This document shows, piece by piece, positions 15,348 to 30,432 of a stretch of 64,000 nucleotides of DNA. Both the position numbers and the translations under genes were made by a program. Each line of letters begins with the position of its first letter. Positions within the stretch are counted from its first letter, which is position 1. Source of the stretch: Chrysomallon squamiferum (taxonomy: Eukaryota > Animalia > Mollusca); contig CM022667.1 in assembly GCA_012295275.1 (NCBI GenBank), positions 10,230,001-10,294,000 on the forward strand, given 5' to 3'. The notes beneath the pieces were generated by a model. It made no database searches. It was not told the DNA's origin and saw nothing but the letters and a program-made list of their open reading frames with translations.

Positions 15348-18300
15348 AATAATTATAATTATTATAATAATAACAACAACTAGATTAATAAAGAAGTAAA
15401 TAATAAAAATGAAAAAATAAAATATGAGATTTAATTTGTAAATATAAAACCTTTACTCTTATTGTATATATGTGATTTTGAGTGTGACAGCACGAACAGA
15501 CAGCTAAAAGCAGTTTGATGTATCGTTATATTATTATTTATAATATGAAATCAAACTCTGGCATATACACTTTAACATATTTGATTTTAAGACCATATTT
15601 GGAGGTGAGAAATTATTAGTAATTTTCTGTTTTTTTCAGATAGTTGCGAATAAAAGCAAATGGGACTATTTCGCCCGAGACAGCTACATGCTCGGAATTC
15701 AAAACAACTTCAATCATATTCGTTACATGAAGTTTGCCAAAGTTCTGGAAGCTGGAGATGGGCGATATCACATTTGTAGGAGGGATAAGGTGAAATGTTA
15801 TTTATACCATCATCATCGTTTTCTTCTTCTTCTTCTTCGTCATCATTTTCATCGTTATGATGTCGTATAGGCAGTGATAGTAAAAACAATGCATAATGGC
15901 AATCATTAACAAACAGCTTGATTCGGAATTTATACGGTGATTATTTTCTCTATTATATTTAAGTGAATTCCAGTAACAGAAAAAATGAATTTTAAAATAT
16001 TAACTGCAACAATATTAAACATTATTAGACGAGTCATATTTCATTGCAGCAGTACTAAGTAAAGTGGATGTAAAGTGATTGCAGGATCACAATTGATATA
16101 AAAAACTAAAGTTATATTAAAACTAATTTACAGGAGGCCCTAAACATCTACAACATGTTTATGATCTTCACAGACAAGCCTACAAGCACAGAATGACAGC
16201 AACTTTGGAGAATCTGTGAGTTTGCTTCAACTGAAGTACGTTTGTAAATTGTATTGTATTCTGCCGGCATGCAAACAAAAATATTCAGAGTGTGTTTTTA
16301 AAAATTTCATATGATTTGATGATCTGCTGCAGAAATTTATTATCAGCAATTCAGAATAAAACCCTTTTTATTTTTGTCATTGTTAATACAAGTCTATCAA
16401 CTTACTGTTATTTTCTAGGTTAGTCGAAGCTTTGATTAAAGCAAATGACCATTTACTATTTAAAGGAAAAGATGGGTGAGTCTACATTTTTGTATCTCAA
16501 AAGTGTAAACATAGTATTTGTAATACATTTTATTGTAACCTTTATTCATTAAATCAACGAATTTTTTTGTATTTATATCCTTGGAACAAAATTATTTAGA
16601 CTAAATTATATATTACGAACGTTTACACAGCTTAACATCGTAATATATGTTTGTTATCTAAATGAATCAAGGCAGAATTATCATGCTTGTAATGAAATCA
16701 GTATATATACAATCAAATGATTTTATTTTTTTGATATTCTGTGGAACATATTTATTAAGTTAAAATTATATCCTACAACAACAACATCTCAGAAAGACAT
16801 CACTTTTCTTCAGACACCTAATATTTAGCCTCATTAACATAAACTGACATTTTTTTCTTCATAGTACATAGATAAATATGTCTATAAAAATCAATGCATG
16901 CAGTAGAGATGAGCAAAATGTTCCGTATTCCAAAAGATTATTAATGTTAAACCTTGCAAGAAAGTTTAATTTTTCCTCATTACAAATTATAATCATGTTT
17001 CCTCTAATCCATACTTATTGTATTTTACAGAACAAAAAGAAAGATGTCTGAATGTATTGACGATCCAGTGGCCTACTGCAAACTGACAGATGACGTGTTC
17101 ACGAAAATTCTGTTTTCTGACGATGACAATCTCAAGGAATCAAGAGAAATTCTGAAAAAGATCATAGAGAGAAAAGTGGATAAATGTGTTGCATCAAGTC
17201 CTTTCCTTAACGCAGATGAGGTTTCTTGTTATCGTTTTTTCTTTCAGATATCTTTATCGTCTGAATTTCGAAATGATTTTAGTAGTTAGACACTTGTTAA
17301 ATTACTTTTTTCATTACTGACAAATTTTGCAGATATTTTCACATTCTTAGAAATAGAAAGAAATAATTAATATCCATCAAAGCCTTATAATAAACATCTT
17401 TATATATATATATAAATTTTCAGTGAAAAGGGAAAAGAAAAGAAAGAAGGGAATGAAGGTTTGTATGCAGGGAAAAATAAAAGAATTGAATCTTTGTTCG
17501 TTCAAAACTCAGTAATCATAAATAAGTTAAATTAAGAGTTTAAAATAAGCAGTACACCTTTTATTTGTGTCATAACAAAATGATTAATATTGAATTGTAA
17601 TTATATATTGTAAAAGATGGGAAATGAAAGAAAAAAAGAAACAGTTGTTACATTTCGCTTTGATTTATTTCAGTTTGAGGAGCTTAAAAAAGCACTTAAA
17701 GAAGACAAAAACAAAACTGAGGATTTTTATACAGTGGTAATGAGCAGAGAGTCATCTTTTTAAAAATTGTTTTTGGTTTCTTTATTTGTTAGAATGTTGA
17801 ACATTTCTGAATGTTTATTGCTTCTAACTTTGCTATATTTTGTAGCTGTGAAGCAGATTCGCTGTTGAATATTTTCATAAACATTCTTCATATGTTTAGG
17901 ATTTGAAGTTTGACTATGGCATGAAGGAAAAAAATCCTGTTGAAAATGTGTATTTCTACTCAAAACACGACCCTGACAAAGCTTTTAAGCTAGAAAAATC
18001 AGAGGTATGTGTAGTCAAATACAACTCTGCCGACTGAATCATGATTTAAATTGAGCAGCATCTTTTTAGTAATTGATTTCATATTTTGATTTTCACAGAA
18101 AATGTATGTTGTGTGTTGCTTTTGTTTTTCTTTAACTTATAATAGATATACATTATTTCGAGTTCATATTTTGAATGGAGATCTGTGTGGAAGTTATCTA
18201 CCTTTTCATGTTTGGGTTTGCTTCCTCATTATCAGAGTGGTCCTTAATCTTATAACTGTTCACTACATTGTGATCACTTTGTCGTTAAATAGAATATTTC

Positions 18301-18891
18301 CTTCTTTCTTCCTTGTCTCCTTCCTTGCTTCTTTCCTTCCTTCCTTCCTTCCGTACATCCAAAATACTGTCATGATGCCAAATTATTGAAATCTTGTCAT
18401 TTATTTATTTGTTATTCTTCTTGAGGCTGAATTGCTGAAAATAAACCATATGTCAGTAACTAAAAGTCACATTAGTTGAAAACAACTAATTTTATTATTA
18501 TTACATTCTACTAAATCTTTTTATTTATTTACTATTTTATTTTATTTTGTTTATATATTAATATATTTATTTATTTATTTATTTAGGTTCCTCGCCTTCT
18601 ACCAGAACACTTTTTAGAAGGTATTATCTATGTTTTCTGCAAAGACAACGATGAAGAGAAACAAAGAAATGCTTATGATTACTTTAAAAAAAAATGTAAA
18701 AAAAAGGGAATTGGAGGTATGTAAAATAAATAAATAAATATATAATTATAATATTAATAATGATAATAATAATAACAAATATTATGGTGTAACAACTTGG
18801 AAGATAAATCAATTATATTTTTATCTACTTCAAGAAAAACTATTAATTATTTATGACGTTATCATAACTTTTTTCAATCAGTATTTAATGC

Positions 18892-18970
<79 letters not shown>

Positions 18971-19383
18971 GTTGCAACAGGTTTCACCTCACACGAGTGC
19001 AGGTCACTGATAACACTTGAAAACTCCTCCTTTCATTGAACAGTGTCCCATTTTTACCTGAGTGTTAAATAAATACACCTCTGTACTGGTTCACATTACT
19101 TTGTTGGGTTTCAGCTACCAGTGAATTAAAAACAGTACCTTCGAATTATTAATTACGGTTTACACTCAAGGGAGGCAATTACTAATTACAATTAACTCCA
19201 AAAAGATAATTACATATGACAGCCATAACCTCCCTTGCACATATGAGACATAATGATTGTACACTGTAAGAACTAGCAAATGTCCGAAATTTCCTTAGTA
19301 TTTCAGACAAACGACCTTTATTTTTTTTAAACTGTTTGAAATACAAACATGTTATATTTATATAGGTAGCTACACTAATAATG

Positions 19384-19424
<41 letters not shown>

Positions 19425-19982
19425 AATAAAAATTCATAAGAAAAAGTTTTTTTGACAGAAATGTTCGCTGATTAGAGATTCTTACTTCCAGTGCTATTTT
19501 TCGTTAGTATTAATAACAACAACACAACAACAACAATAATAATAAAAATAATAAAAGAACAATAATAATAATAATAATAATAATAATAGTAGTAGTAGTA
19601 GTAGTAGTAATAGCAGTAGTAGTAGTAGTAGTAGTAGCAGTAGTAACAGTAATAGTAATGGTAAAGGAACCTTCTTCTGTCTAAAAAATTTACGATATCA
19701 CCTCACCCACTTGTGTATTGTTTAGTCTCATTTTCTGTGATCTTTAGGTAGGCTAGCAGGAAAAAAAAAAACTAAAAAAAACCTATTTATTTTTTATTTA
19801 TTTATCATCGAGATTATTTTACATTATTGATTTTTATTTTATTTTATTTTATTTATTTATTTATATTCGAGATTATTTTACATTATTTATTTACATTTTA
19901 TTTTATTTTATTTATTTATTTATTTTTATTTATTTATTTATTTACTTATTTATTTGTTTGTTTGTTTAGTAAGCTATATATT

Positions 19983-20220
19983 TAGCTAGCTAGATAGATA
20001 GATAGAGAAACATACAGATATATAGATAGACAGACAGACAGATATATAGATAGACAGACAGACAGATAGATAGATAAATAGATAGACAGACAGACAGATA
20101 GATAGATAAATAGATAGACAGACACACAGACATACAGACATACAGATATATAGAAAGATAGATAGACAGACAGACAAGCAGACAGACATACATACATACA
20201 TACAAATAGATAGATAGATT

Positions 20221-20262
<42 letters not shown>

Positions 20263-20288
20263 CACCCAGACAGATAGATAGATAGACA
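19983..20288. repeat. (GATA/GACA)n compound microsatellite
   Basis: Direct reading. Confidence 0.95.
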
Positions 20289-21294
20289 ATTCTTTTCGTT
20301 GGTTTATTTTATCATTTTCACTATATATATATTAACGAGAGTGAATCGCTGTTTATTTGTTAATAGCTCTATTGCTAATAAATTAATTACTTGATGATGC
20401 GCAGTAACGTTAGTTTATTGTTAATGGTCCACACCAAAGGTATACACGACATTCGAAGTAATCTCAAGTAACAATCACCTACCAACATCTCACAGAGATC
20501 AGATTATAGTTCCTTCATCTTTTTGTATAGAGTGAATCATGAGAAGCGGTTTTAATTACGTCCTCCTGAGCAATACATTTTACGAGCTTTTGTATAGCTA
20601 CCGCTAATAATTATAAAATTCGTGTTGTGTTTGTTATTTTTCTAATGAACAAAAACGTGCTATATATATATACATTATACATACATACATATATAAATAC
20701 ATACATACATATATACATACATATATATATATACACACACACATATATACACACAATTATATATACATACACACATATATACATACATATATATATATAT
20801 ATATACATAAATAAATACATACACACACACACACACATATATCTATATATATTTAATGTTCAGCAAGGAAATATGTATGTATGTATGTTATTTTATTTCA
20901 AATTATGTGTGTTTGTGTTTGTGTGTGCACGTGTGTCACAGAAAGTGATGATGTATGGATACCTAATATTTGTGAGTATTTGACTAAAGATCTGCAGATA
21001 TTATCACTTGTGGTCTTATTTTTTTACAGAAATTGTAACATAAGTGTGCATGAAATAGACTGAGGTATTCTCCTCATGATATGAAAAAAAAAAAGCAAAA
21101 CATACTAAAAATACGAAGATACAGCAAACCTAAGGATTTATTCATGTTACAGGGAAAAGTGAAATTATCAATCAGTAAATCAAATAAAAGAAAAACATAA
21201 AAGTTTAAACAATATCATAAATAAGTAATCAAGATACTGGAAGCAGATCATCCTCTGACTGAGGAAGGTTAGATGATAGGAAGCCAGTGCAAGC

Positions 21295-21540
21295 ACCATC
21301 TCGCTGTGAAAACTGGAGTTCTGAAACTGATGAAACTTCAGCCAGAAAGTCCATTCAGTTTTATTGTTATGTCCTAAGCAACAAACAAGTATGTCCTTAA
21401 TGTCACAGAACTGTTCTTTCTACTGACCCTTCGCTCTGTGTATGCTTAAGTTTCACTTGAACAGTCACCAACTCTGGCTACGTTACTTTCAGGTCAATGA
21501 TTATATTATACATATTTCCTGATAATACATATTTCTAAAA
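21295..21540 (-). mobile_element. Same integrase remnant downstream of copy C
   Basis: Reverse strand reads QSEGSVE…CDIKDILVCCLGHNNKTEWTFWLKF. Confidence 0.62.
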
Positions 21541-21549
21541 ACTCACCAG

Positions 21550-21920
21550 CAATAAATAAAAGGAATAAATGATCAAGTTAAAGAAAAGTGTAAATTATCA
21601 CAAATACAGATACAATTTTAATAAAATAAAGGGATCAATAACAATATTAATAAAAAATATGAATTATTATAAATAAATATAAAGAACAATAAATGAATCA
21701 ATGAGTCAACTGTGAATTATTATAAATAAATCTAAATAGTAATAAAACACACGAATCAGTTATAACGTTAGTAAACTTTACGAATTGTTATAAATAAATT
21801 CAAATAGTAATAAAATAATGGAATCAATTATAACATTAGTGAAAAATACGAATTATTACAAATTAATCTAAATAGTAATAAATAAAGGAATCATTTTAGT
21901 GAAAATATAAAATAACACTC
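21550..21920. repeat. Degenerate ~60-70 bp AT-rich tandem repeat in 3' flank
   Basis: Recurring GAATCAATTATAACATTAGTGAAAAATACGAATTATTATAAATAAATCTAAATAGTAATAAA-like unit. Related tracts at ~59620-59920 and, inverted, ~43920-44090. Confidence 0.55.
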
Positions 21921-22060
21921 ACACACAAAAAGATAAATAGCAATAAAATAAAGATATTAGTTATCACATTGAAAAGTTCAAACTATCACATATATAAAAA
22001 AGATATATATGTATTTTAAGTTCATCTAAGACTAAAACACTCATCTTCCTCTTTGAATTT

Positions 22061-24786
22061 TTATTCCTCAGTACTTGTGCTAAGTAACCACTGCGGATCT
22101 GTAATAATAAACAAAAATTTACTTTAAAAAACAAAGAATTACAAAGAAAACTTGCCTATGACAGAGGGCCAATAAATATTTTAAAACTAATCAACAAATC
22201 CATTAATTAATAATGAAAACATTTATATATTAATGACTTTATGTTACTTCTATAAATACTAGTTTTTATAAAAGACCTAAATTTTTAAATTACTTTCAGA
22301 TTTGATGTTGGGAGAGACAGCGGAAGGAGAGTCAAGAAAAACGGTAAACAAAATAATTTTCTTGTTTGTGGATATTTCTTTTATTTTTATTGATTGATTA
22401 TTTTTCATACCTCCAAGATCCCGCTGTTTACAAACTTTTTTAAAGAAACGAAAGAGATTTCTTTGTTTCTTTTTATCGTCGTTGTCTTCGCAGACAACAA
22501 AGACAATACGTTCTGAAAAGTGTTCTGGTAGCAGAAGTGAAATCTAAAAAACAAACAAAAACAAAAAAATCAACAAAACAACAACAACATACTAATAATA
22601 GTAATAACAAATAATTTTTTTTAGTAATAAATAAATAAATAATTAATTAATTAATATACATGATATATTCTTTCCAATTAATAGCAATGGATCTTTTATA
22701 TTTATCATCGATGTTGTTACACATATATTGTCGTATTCCTATATTTGGCTGAACGTACCTTGGATTTTTCTAGGTTAGAAGCTTTATCAGGCTGTGCTTT
22801 TGAGTAGAAATACACATTTTCAACAGGATCTTTTTCATCCATGCCAAAGTCAAATTTCAGTTCCTATTAAATATAAAGAGAGTTTTGTGAAAAATATTGA
22901 ATCTGCCTAATTTAATCCAATTCTAATATAAAAAAATATATGTAAGTAGTTTAAATTCGTCATAAACATTAAAAGGAAAATCATTCAGGAATTTTCCATA
23001 CATTTATTTAAAATATTAAAATAGTTTATTTTAAACTTTATTCAGAAATAATTCAGGAATTTTCAACATTCTAATATATATAAACTCGGCGGATTACCAT
23101 TTCATAACAGCCTTCAACGTGTTCTTTCTGCTTCTCTTCTTCTGTCATGTCACTAAGTAAGTTTTGAATTCTACTGAACTAAAATAAACAACAGCCAAAT
23201 ATTACGACTCTTTCTTCTGTTTTTGATTCTTTTTTAAACTTTATTCTTTTCCTATTTCTTTTTTCATGTTGTGTTTTTTCAGCTTTGTGACAAACTTCAC
23301 TTTCCAATGAAAAAGGATTGAATTTTCTATTTCTTGCTGCAAACATTTTCTTTCCTTCTTTTTTTTTTAGAAAAATGTAGAAAAATAATTTCAGTCAAAA
23401 ACTGTTAAATTCAAGAATTTCGTGAATTATTCACAAATGACAGCCACCAATGAAAATTATTGTAAACTTATTAATTTGCTTTTTCTACTTCGTCAGTTTA
23501 AAGGCATCTGCAAGATAAGAACGACTGAATAAATATTTAACAACTAAAATTATTTTGCCATAAGAATGATGTTACATTGAAAATCATTTCACAATTAAGT
23601 AAAGATTTAAATAAAATAAAAGCTTAACAACCTGAGTTTTTGTAAGGTACGGACTTTGTGCAACACATTTGTCCGCTTTTCTCTCCATGATTCTTTTCAC
23701 AATGTTTCTTGCATCCTCGAGTTCTTCACTGTCAGAAAACAGAATTTTCGTGAACACGTCATCTGTCAGTTTGCTGTAGGCCACTGGATCGTCAATACAT
23801 TCAGACATCTTTCTTTTTGTTCTGTAAAATACAATAAGTGTAGATGAGGTGATATTGTATGCTCATATGTACCATATACCGCTAATGATGGAAAATGATT
23901 ATTTCTACCAGGGTTCGACATTAATTTCTTTCTGGTCTGTTCAGCATGATCATTCTTCAGCGGACGAGACATTTTCATCATCTATGCCACATACTGGTTA
24001 ATTTAGACAGAGTTATCTATGTACTGTGAAGAAAAAAGAGAAAAAGTTAGAACTGGAGATTACTATTTTGGGAATAAACAAACAAAGAAACAAAGAAACA
24101 AAGAAATAAATAAATAAATAAATAAGATAATTCTAATTATAAAAATGAATATAATTCTTAATTTCAGTATCTTTATTTTCAACCAAATTACTCTGTTTCT
24201 GATGTGCTGCACTCCTAATATATCATTTATTCTCTATAAGTATGTTTCATATTGGAAACATAATAATTTTACATTCATTCATTTGGATGATAAAAATGTA
24301 TTACGAAGTCTAAATCTGTAAACTTTCACAATATATCATTTATTCTAAACAATTTTGTTCCAAGGATATAAATACAAAAGCAATTTAAGTAATTGTATCT
24401 ACTGTGATTACAAAAGTGATAGGTCTACCGTCATTCATTTAGTTAATAAAACGCACAATAAACACTTTCTGAGATTTAAGTAACTGTATATATAGTGTGA
24501 TGTCATTACCAGCATGATAATTCCACCAAAGTTTATGTCAGTAAGAAAAACTAAAATAAAAAATATGAGAAATACTAATTTTAGCAGTGTAATTTCAGAG
24601 ATACAATAATGTAGACTCACCCTTGTCTTCCTTCAATGAATATATGATCATTTGCTTTTTCGAAAGCTTGGGCCAACCTAAAAACGCAAGAGTTAGTAAA
24701 TTTGTAATAACAGTGATGAAATAGGCTCACATATCTTTTGTGTACAGGTGGGCTTTACAAAACAGAAAGACATATTTTTCTTCTTT

Positions 24787-24851
<65 letters not shown>

Positions 24852-25747
24852 TTAGAACAAAAATAAATAAAAATAACGCATTTTATGAAAGTAAACGAGA
24901 AAGTTACATTTTTGTTTTCATGACAGCAGTATTTAATACACTTTGCTAAAATATTTCAGTAGAAGCAAACTCACATATGCTGGAGCGTACTGGTCACTCT
25001 GTGTTTGGCGGCTCGTCTGTGAATTTCATAGCGTGTTTGAAACAGCTCGTAGATATCTAAGGCCTCCTGTTAATAAGTTACAATATATCAACAGATTGTC
25101 AACATTTGTGGACGTATGGGTAATATTTTTTATCCAATTTTATCCAGTGCAAATCATGTCCAATACCATTTGCTGTAAATCATTTATAACAATCTTTTCT
25201 GGTATCAAAGTGTATAACTTGATATAAATCGGATTATAACGACGAGGATGATGTTGAAGATTAAGTTCCTGATGACGAATGTGATAATGGTAATGATTAA
25301 GATGATGATTACAATAATCATAATATTGATGATGAAGATATTATGAGGATGATGATGATATTATCTCACTTTATCCCTCCCACAAATGTGATACCGCCCG
25401 TCTTCAGCTTTTAGAACTCTGGCAAACTTCATGTAACGAATGTGATCGAAATTGCTTTTGAATCCGAGCAGATAGGTGTCTCGTGCGAAATACTCGAACT
25501 TGTCGACATCAATCCCATTGCTTTTATTTGCAACTATCTGAAAAACAAAGACACTTATAATTTAATGTTTTGAAATCAAATCTGTTAAAGCGTTTATAAA
25601 ACATCAAAATATAATAATAATAATAATAATGATGATGATGATTATGATAATAATAATAATAATATTAAAAACAACAACAACAACATCTATAATATTAATA
25701 ATAATAATAATGATAATAATAATAATAGTAATAATAATAATAAAATC

Positions 25748-25783
<36 letters not shown>

Positions 25784-27304
25784 TGTTTATCATGTCTGGA
25801 TCGATCTATGTTTTCATCTTAATTTAATTCATTAATTAATTAATTATTTCATTTATTATTTACAAAAGACTTCTTTCCAAAATAAATGAAATTATTATTT
25901 TTAACAAATGCCATAATTCATAGTGATGAGGGGATAAATCAGTGTTGTTGTACATTAAATATCTAATTTCAAATCTGTCACTGAAGTGACTCCATATTTA
26001 AAAAGGAACAAAATAAAAAAGCGTCGTAAATCAGAAGAAACGGCAGCAGTCATATTCATGAATGACTTCTTTTACTGTTTGAGTTTGTTATTAGTAAAGA
26101 TTGGTATTATATTATAAATAATAATATAAGAATATATGGAATTGTAGATGCCGGTTCCTACTACTCTTCCCAAACCATCCAATATACAATAAAATTAAAA
26201 TTATCATGTTTATAAATTAAATCATCAGATTATTTTTTACATTATTATTATTTATTATTATTATTTGTTAATACTTTTACCTTTTTTTTGTGATGGTATT
26301 TTTTTGTCGTAAAAACATAAATAAAATAGCCTTTAATAAAATATAATTTATAATTCTCTTTATGATTGCAACAAACTTTGCTATATAATACATATAATTT
26401 AAAACAAAATGAGAGGTACAGCAATAATAAAGGTTAAATTATAAAGCAGCTTTAATTAGAAATAATATAACCGTTTTACCTCAAACAGAAAACTTTTGTT
26501 TTCATCCCTGCCAATGTTTTCCCAGTCCTAAGGAGAAAAAGTAATAACATTAGAATTAAAACAAAAAAAACAATAACAATCATTTATCCCATTATTATTT
26601 CAGTTGGTACTAAACATTCAGAACAATTCCCTAGTCACAGATGCATGTTAATGTCTCACCTGTTCTGACATATTGTCAGGGAGTCCCTTCATCAGCAGTT
26701 TTATGAAATTTTTGTCCTTTTCGTACAGTCCTTGTTTTTCAAATTCTGGATCAAGTTTGTTTTCTTCAATTAAATGGTCAAACATCATTTCAGTAGCCTC
26801 CTCGTGCTGAATCAAAACATGATCACAAAGAATAGGTTTATAGACATTACAACAACAATTTAAAAAAAAAAAAGACTAGAAAGAATATTTACAGAAAAGG
26901 CTGAGATTACCTCGACGACAAAAAATATTACAAATCTAAACAGTTAACTAAGCCATAATTTAAAAATAAAAATAAAATATATCCAAAAATCTGGATTAAT
27001 TTTATTATTGTTGTAGTTGTTATTATTGTTAGTCTTCTTCTTCTTCTTCTTCTTATTATTAATATTATTATTATTATTTATGAGATCAAATTTAAAGATA
27101 AACAATACAAACACTCCATTTTGATTTCTCTGGTTGTATTTTTCGAATGAATAAATGTTCAAATAAATGTGAATATGGTCCATGTCCTGCAATAGAATGA
27201 AATAAAATAAAATGAAATAAAATAAATAGATAGATAGATAGATAGAGAGAAAAAAATAAACAAATAAAGAAACATATAAACACACGCATCAACAACAACA
27301 ACAA

Positions 27305-27362
<58 letters not shown>

Positions 27363-29385
27363 GCGTTTATTATTACTACTACTACTAATAATAATAATAA
27401 TACTAATAATGATAAATAGATCAGTGTATGATTTAAAATACTGTATGAAAATAAACAGAAGCCGTTTAAGTATAATCGGTAACTATGATCTATAAAGAAC
27501 TTTATCTTACGTCAAACCTTAAATTCAGTGTGAGCCAGTTCGTAGTTTCAGTAACAAGTATGTGTTGCGCATAGAACATGGCCAGAGTTTTATTGTGCTG
27601 CTGTTTTTAATAGTAGAACACAGATTTATTACAACAAGAAGAAATATTTCAAATTATTACCCAGGTCGTGGCAAAGCCCAGCGATTTGTACACAAAGTTT
27701 ATCTTTCTCACTTATATTCAGATCTTTCTGACTGTCCATTAATGTCTGTATAAAAACCCTAGCCAGATGATATACACTACAAAATAAATTTAAATAAATA
27801 AATAAAATAATAAATAAATAAATTAGACAATTAATTAATTTTACTAATAATAGTAATAAAGTATTAAATTAATCATTTAAGTAATACTACTACTACTATT
27901 AATAATAATAAATACAACAGCAATGATAATAATAACAACAACGACAACAGCAACAACAACAACAACACTCTTCATTTGATTACTTTAGGTAGTAGTACAG
28001 TGAGGCTTCTAAAGTCTTCATATAGTGGTACAGGAAATAATGTAATACTCATTTTGACTTCATAACAAACATTTTGAATGTTACCACTTTACCCCGATAG
28101 ACAGCACTGAAAGCTGTATTTTACTGGAACAGAGACAAAAACCAAGACAAGGAGGTTTTCAGAAGAATGTTGATCGGATGGACCGCATTTGCGAAGCAAG
28201 CACCACGAGAAATCTTGGAACCTGGTTGAATAGACAAATCTACAATTCATCCTATTTCCAACTTCGGAGCTGTCAGGTAAGCAAAATAACAACCCAGCTT
28301 TTCAGAAACAAAGATGGAATCGAGTACATCGATCATCAGCTATGGAGACCGAAAACCAAACATAATGGTAAAAGAGAAGATGGTTAAAGATGTGACTGTA
28401 TAGATTAAAAGATTGAAGTGGACCTGGGCAGGACACATAACAGACCAGAAGATAACCGATAGACATCGACTGTCACCTCCATGAAATCTGCTAGGATAAA
28501 GTATATGAGTACCTGAAGGGAACCATCTGGGAGAAAACCATACAAGAGAGGATTATGAGGCTTTCACTCAACAACGGGTCAATTATTAAACGAAAAGAAC
28601 AAAAGCTTGGAAGTATGTAGGATACATTTAGACTATTTATCCGTATTACCAAAGGTTCGCTTACCCGATGCTGTGTTCAAATCGATTGTGTGAAGCTGCA
28701 GGATAAACAAAGTAAGCCAAGCCAAGTTGTTTTAGAAAACGAAGTCTCTGAAACTGCATCGTATCTATTATCTTTACACTCAGAGGATCCACTTCAATGC
28801 TGCCATGGATCGGGTCATTAAAAATCTGATAATATTGTGCAGGCTTAAAATATTTTTCAGACTTCGGTCAAGTATTTATACTTGATTTAAAATATATGTG
28901 TATAAATATATGTGTATGTTTACTGAATACTTTATTACTGTACTGGTACGTATGTAAGCATGTGTGCATGTATGTCTGTCTGTACGTACGTAATAGTGTA
29001 TGCATGTGTATATATGTATGTATATAAAATACACTTGAAAGATAAATTCGAGATTTGACATTGTAAGTAACTGCAAATTATAACATCAGTAAACAAACAA
29101 CAACAATATCAATAACAAAAAAATATCCCCAAATAGGAAAATTATTTTCTTAGCATCCAATTTCATTCACCTTTTTATTGACCCTCCGTTCGCTGTGTCT
29201 CCCTCCATCAGATCTGAAAAGTAATAATAATAATAAATATTTAGAATATTTCTGCTTGTGAAGGTAAACATTAAATAAATAAAAATAACTTACCCGATGC
29301 TGTGTTTAAATCGATTATGTGAAGCTGCAGGATAAAGAAAGGAAGTCAAACCAAGTTTTAGAAAACGAAGCCTCTGAAACTGCAT
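22061..29385 (-). CDS. SAMHD1: SAMHD1-like HD-domain dNTPase, copy C (intact, ~514 aa if started at ATG 29385)
   Basis: Exons 29449-29294 (dup exon 2, ATG 29385), 29213-29171, 28825-28665, 27776-27661, 27186-27113, 26806-26660, 26527-26480, 25537-25370, 25066-24975, 24677-24621, 23821-23632, 23178-23098, 22863-22759, 22543-22411, 22098-22061 ([12 protein letters not shown]). Metal ligands H167, H206, D207, D311 and H210, H215, H233 equivalents are all present. Start is inferred. Confidence 0.9.
28130..28590 (+). mobile_element. Same decayed RTE-like LINE fragment (copy C)
   Basis: Paralogue of 3230-3690; reads LKWTWAGHI. Confidence 0.6.
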
Positions 29386-30229
29386 CGTGTCTATTATCTT
29401 TATACTCAGAGGATCCACTTCAGTGCTGCCGTGGACAGGGTGATCAGAACTGTCAAACGTGTGTGTATATGTATTTATGCATTAAATTTCTTATCTATGC
29501 TTATATATATATATAAATAAATACTGTAGGACCTTTTTGTTCACTAGAAGCACAATAAAGACAAGACACCAAAAAAGAAAAAAAGAAAAAAAAAAGAAAG
29601 AAATATGTTAATTTATTGAACGCAGTTCGAACCTTATCGCTAGATATCTGTCGCCAGATCATTCTGCGAAATAAAAGCCCATGACACGTATTAATCCGGA
29701 GGTCATAACTAATACCGCTTCTCACGACGCAGGGGAACTCACAGCTTTTTGTGGGTGCGGCAGACCGAATCAATCATGACAGAAACGACATTGTACAGGA
29801 TAAAAACGTTCTTCTGTCACGATGACACAGTAACTATTCAAGACATAAAGACTTAACTGTATATTTACTACACGATTCAGACTTCACAAAATATTAAGGA
29901 ACAATAATCTGGTTTCTGTAGGGTGTAGAACAGTGAGTATTATTTCAGTGTACGTTGAATGTAATGTATACCTTTGCTGTGAACAATTAACTATACAAAG
30001 CTAATATTACTCTGTACAGACACGTAAGTAATTTGTTAGCAATAGATCTATTATCAAATAAGCAGCGATTCTATGTCGTTAATATCTATCTATCTATCTA
30101 TCTATATATATATATATATATATAGATATAAACAGTGAATATTATAAAATAAACCAACGGAAAGAACTGCTAGAAACGATCGTGATATAAAAAATACAAT
30201 AAAGAAAAAAGATAAAGGAAAAGCGTGTA

Positions 30230-30247
30230 AGTTTCGGTTTTGATTTC
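30230..30247. promoter_or_regulatory. ISRE/IRF-type element (C/D spacer)
   Basis: AGTTTCGGTTTTGATTTC, paralogous position to 5329. Confidence 0.5.
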
Positions 30248-30399
30248 CTCAGATTTAAAAATAAAACGTGTTGACCGGAGTCTGAAAAATATTTCAAGTC
30301 TGCACATTAATTTGTAACATCTTTAAGGTGAGTTTAAAATGAATTTGGTAATAATTTATATGCTAATGTTACTATGACACAGCAAATATAAATCTATAC

Positions 30400-30432
<33 letters not shown>

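Noticed and set aside
18968-19250. Possible transposon next to a (TA)n tract where copy B's last exon should be
   Set aside because: No terminal repeats or coding motif could be recognised, so it cannot be classified without a repeat library.
19982-21063. YLSI, MYVC and HTYI repeat ORFs
   Set aside because: These are translations of GATA, TATG and CA microsatellites.
29633-29663. MIWRQISSDK as the coding start exon of the minus copies
   Set aside because: Its weak donor (gttcga) is phase 0 while the next exon needs phase 2, which gives TTC TGA. The copy in A has an indel and the copy at 58.5 kb is phase 1. At most a UTR exon or uORF.
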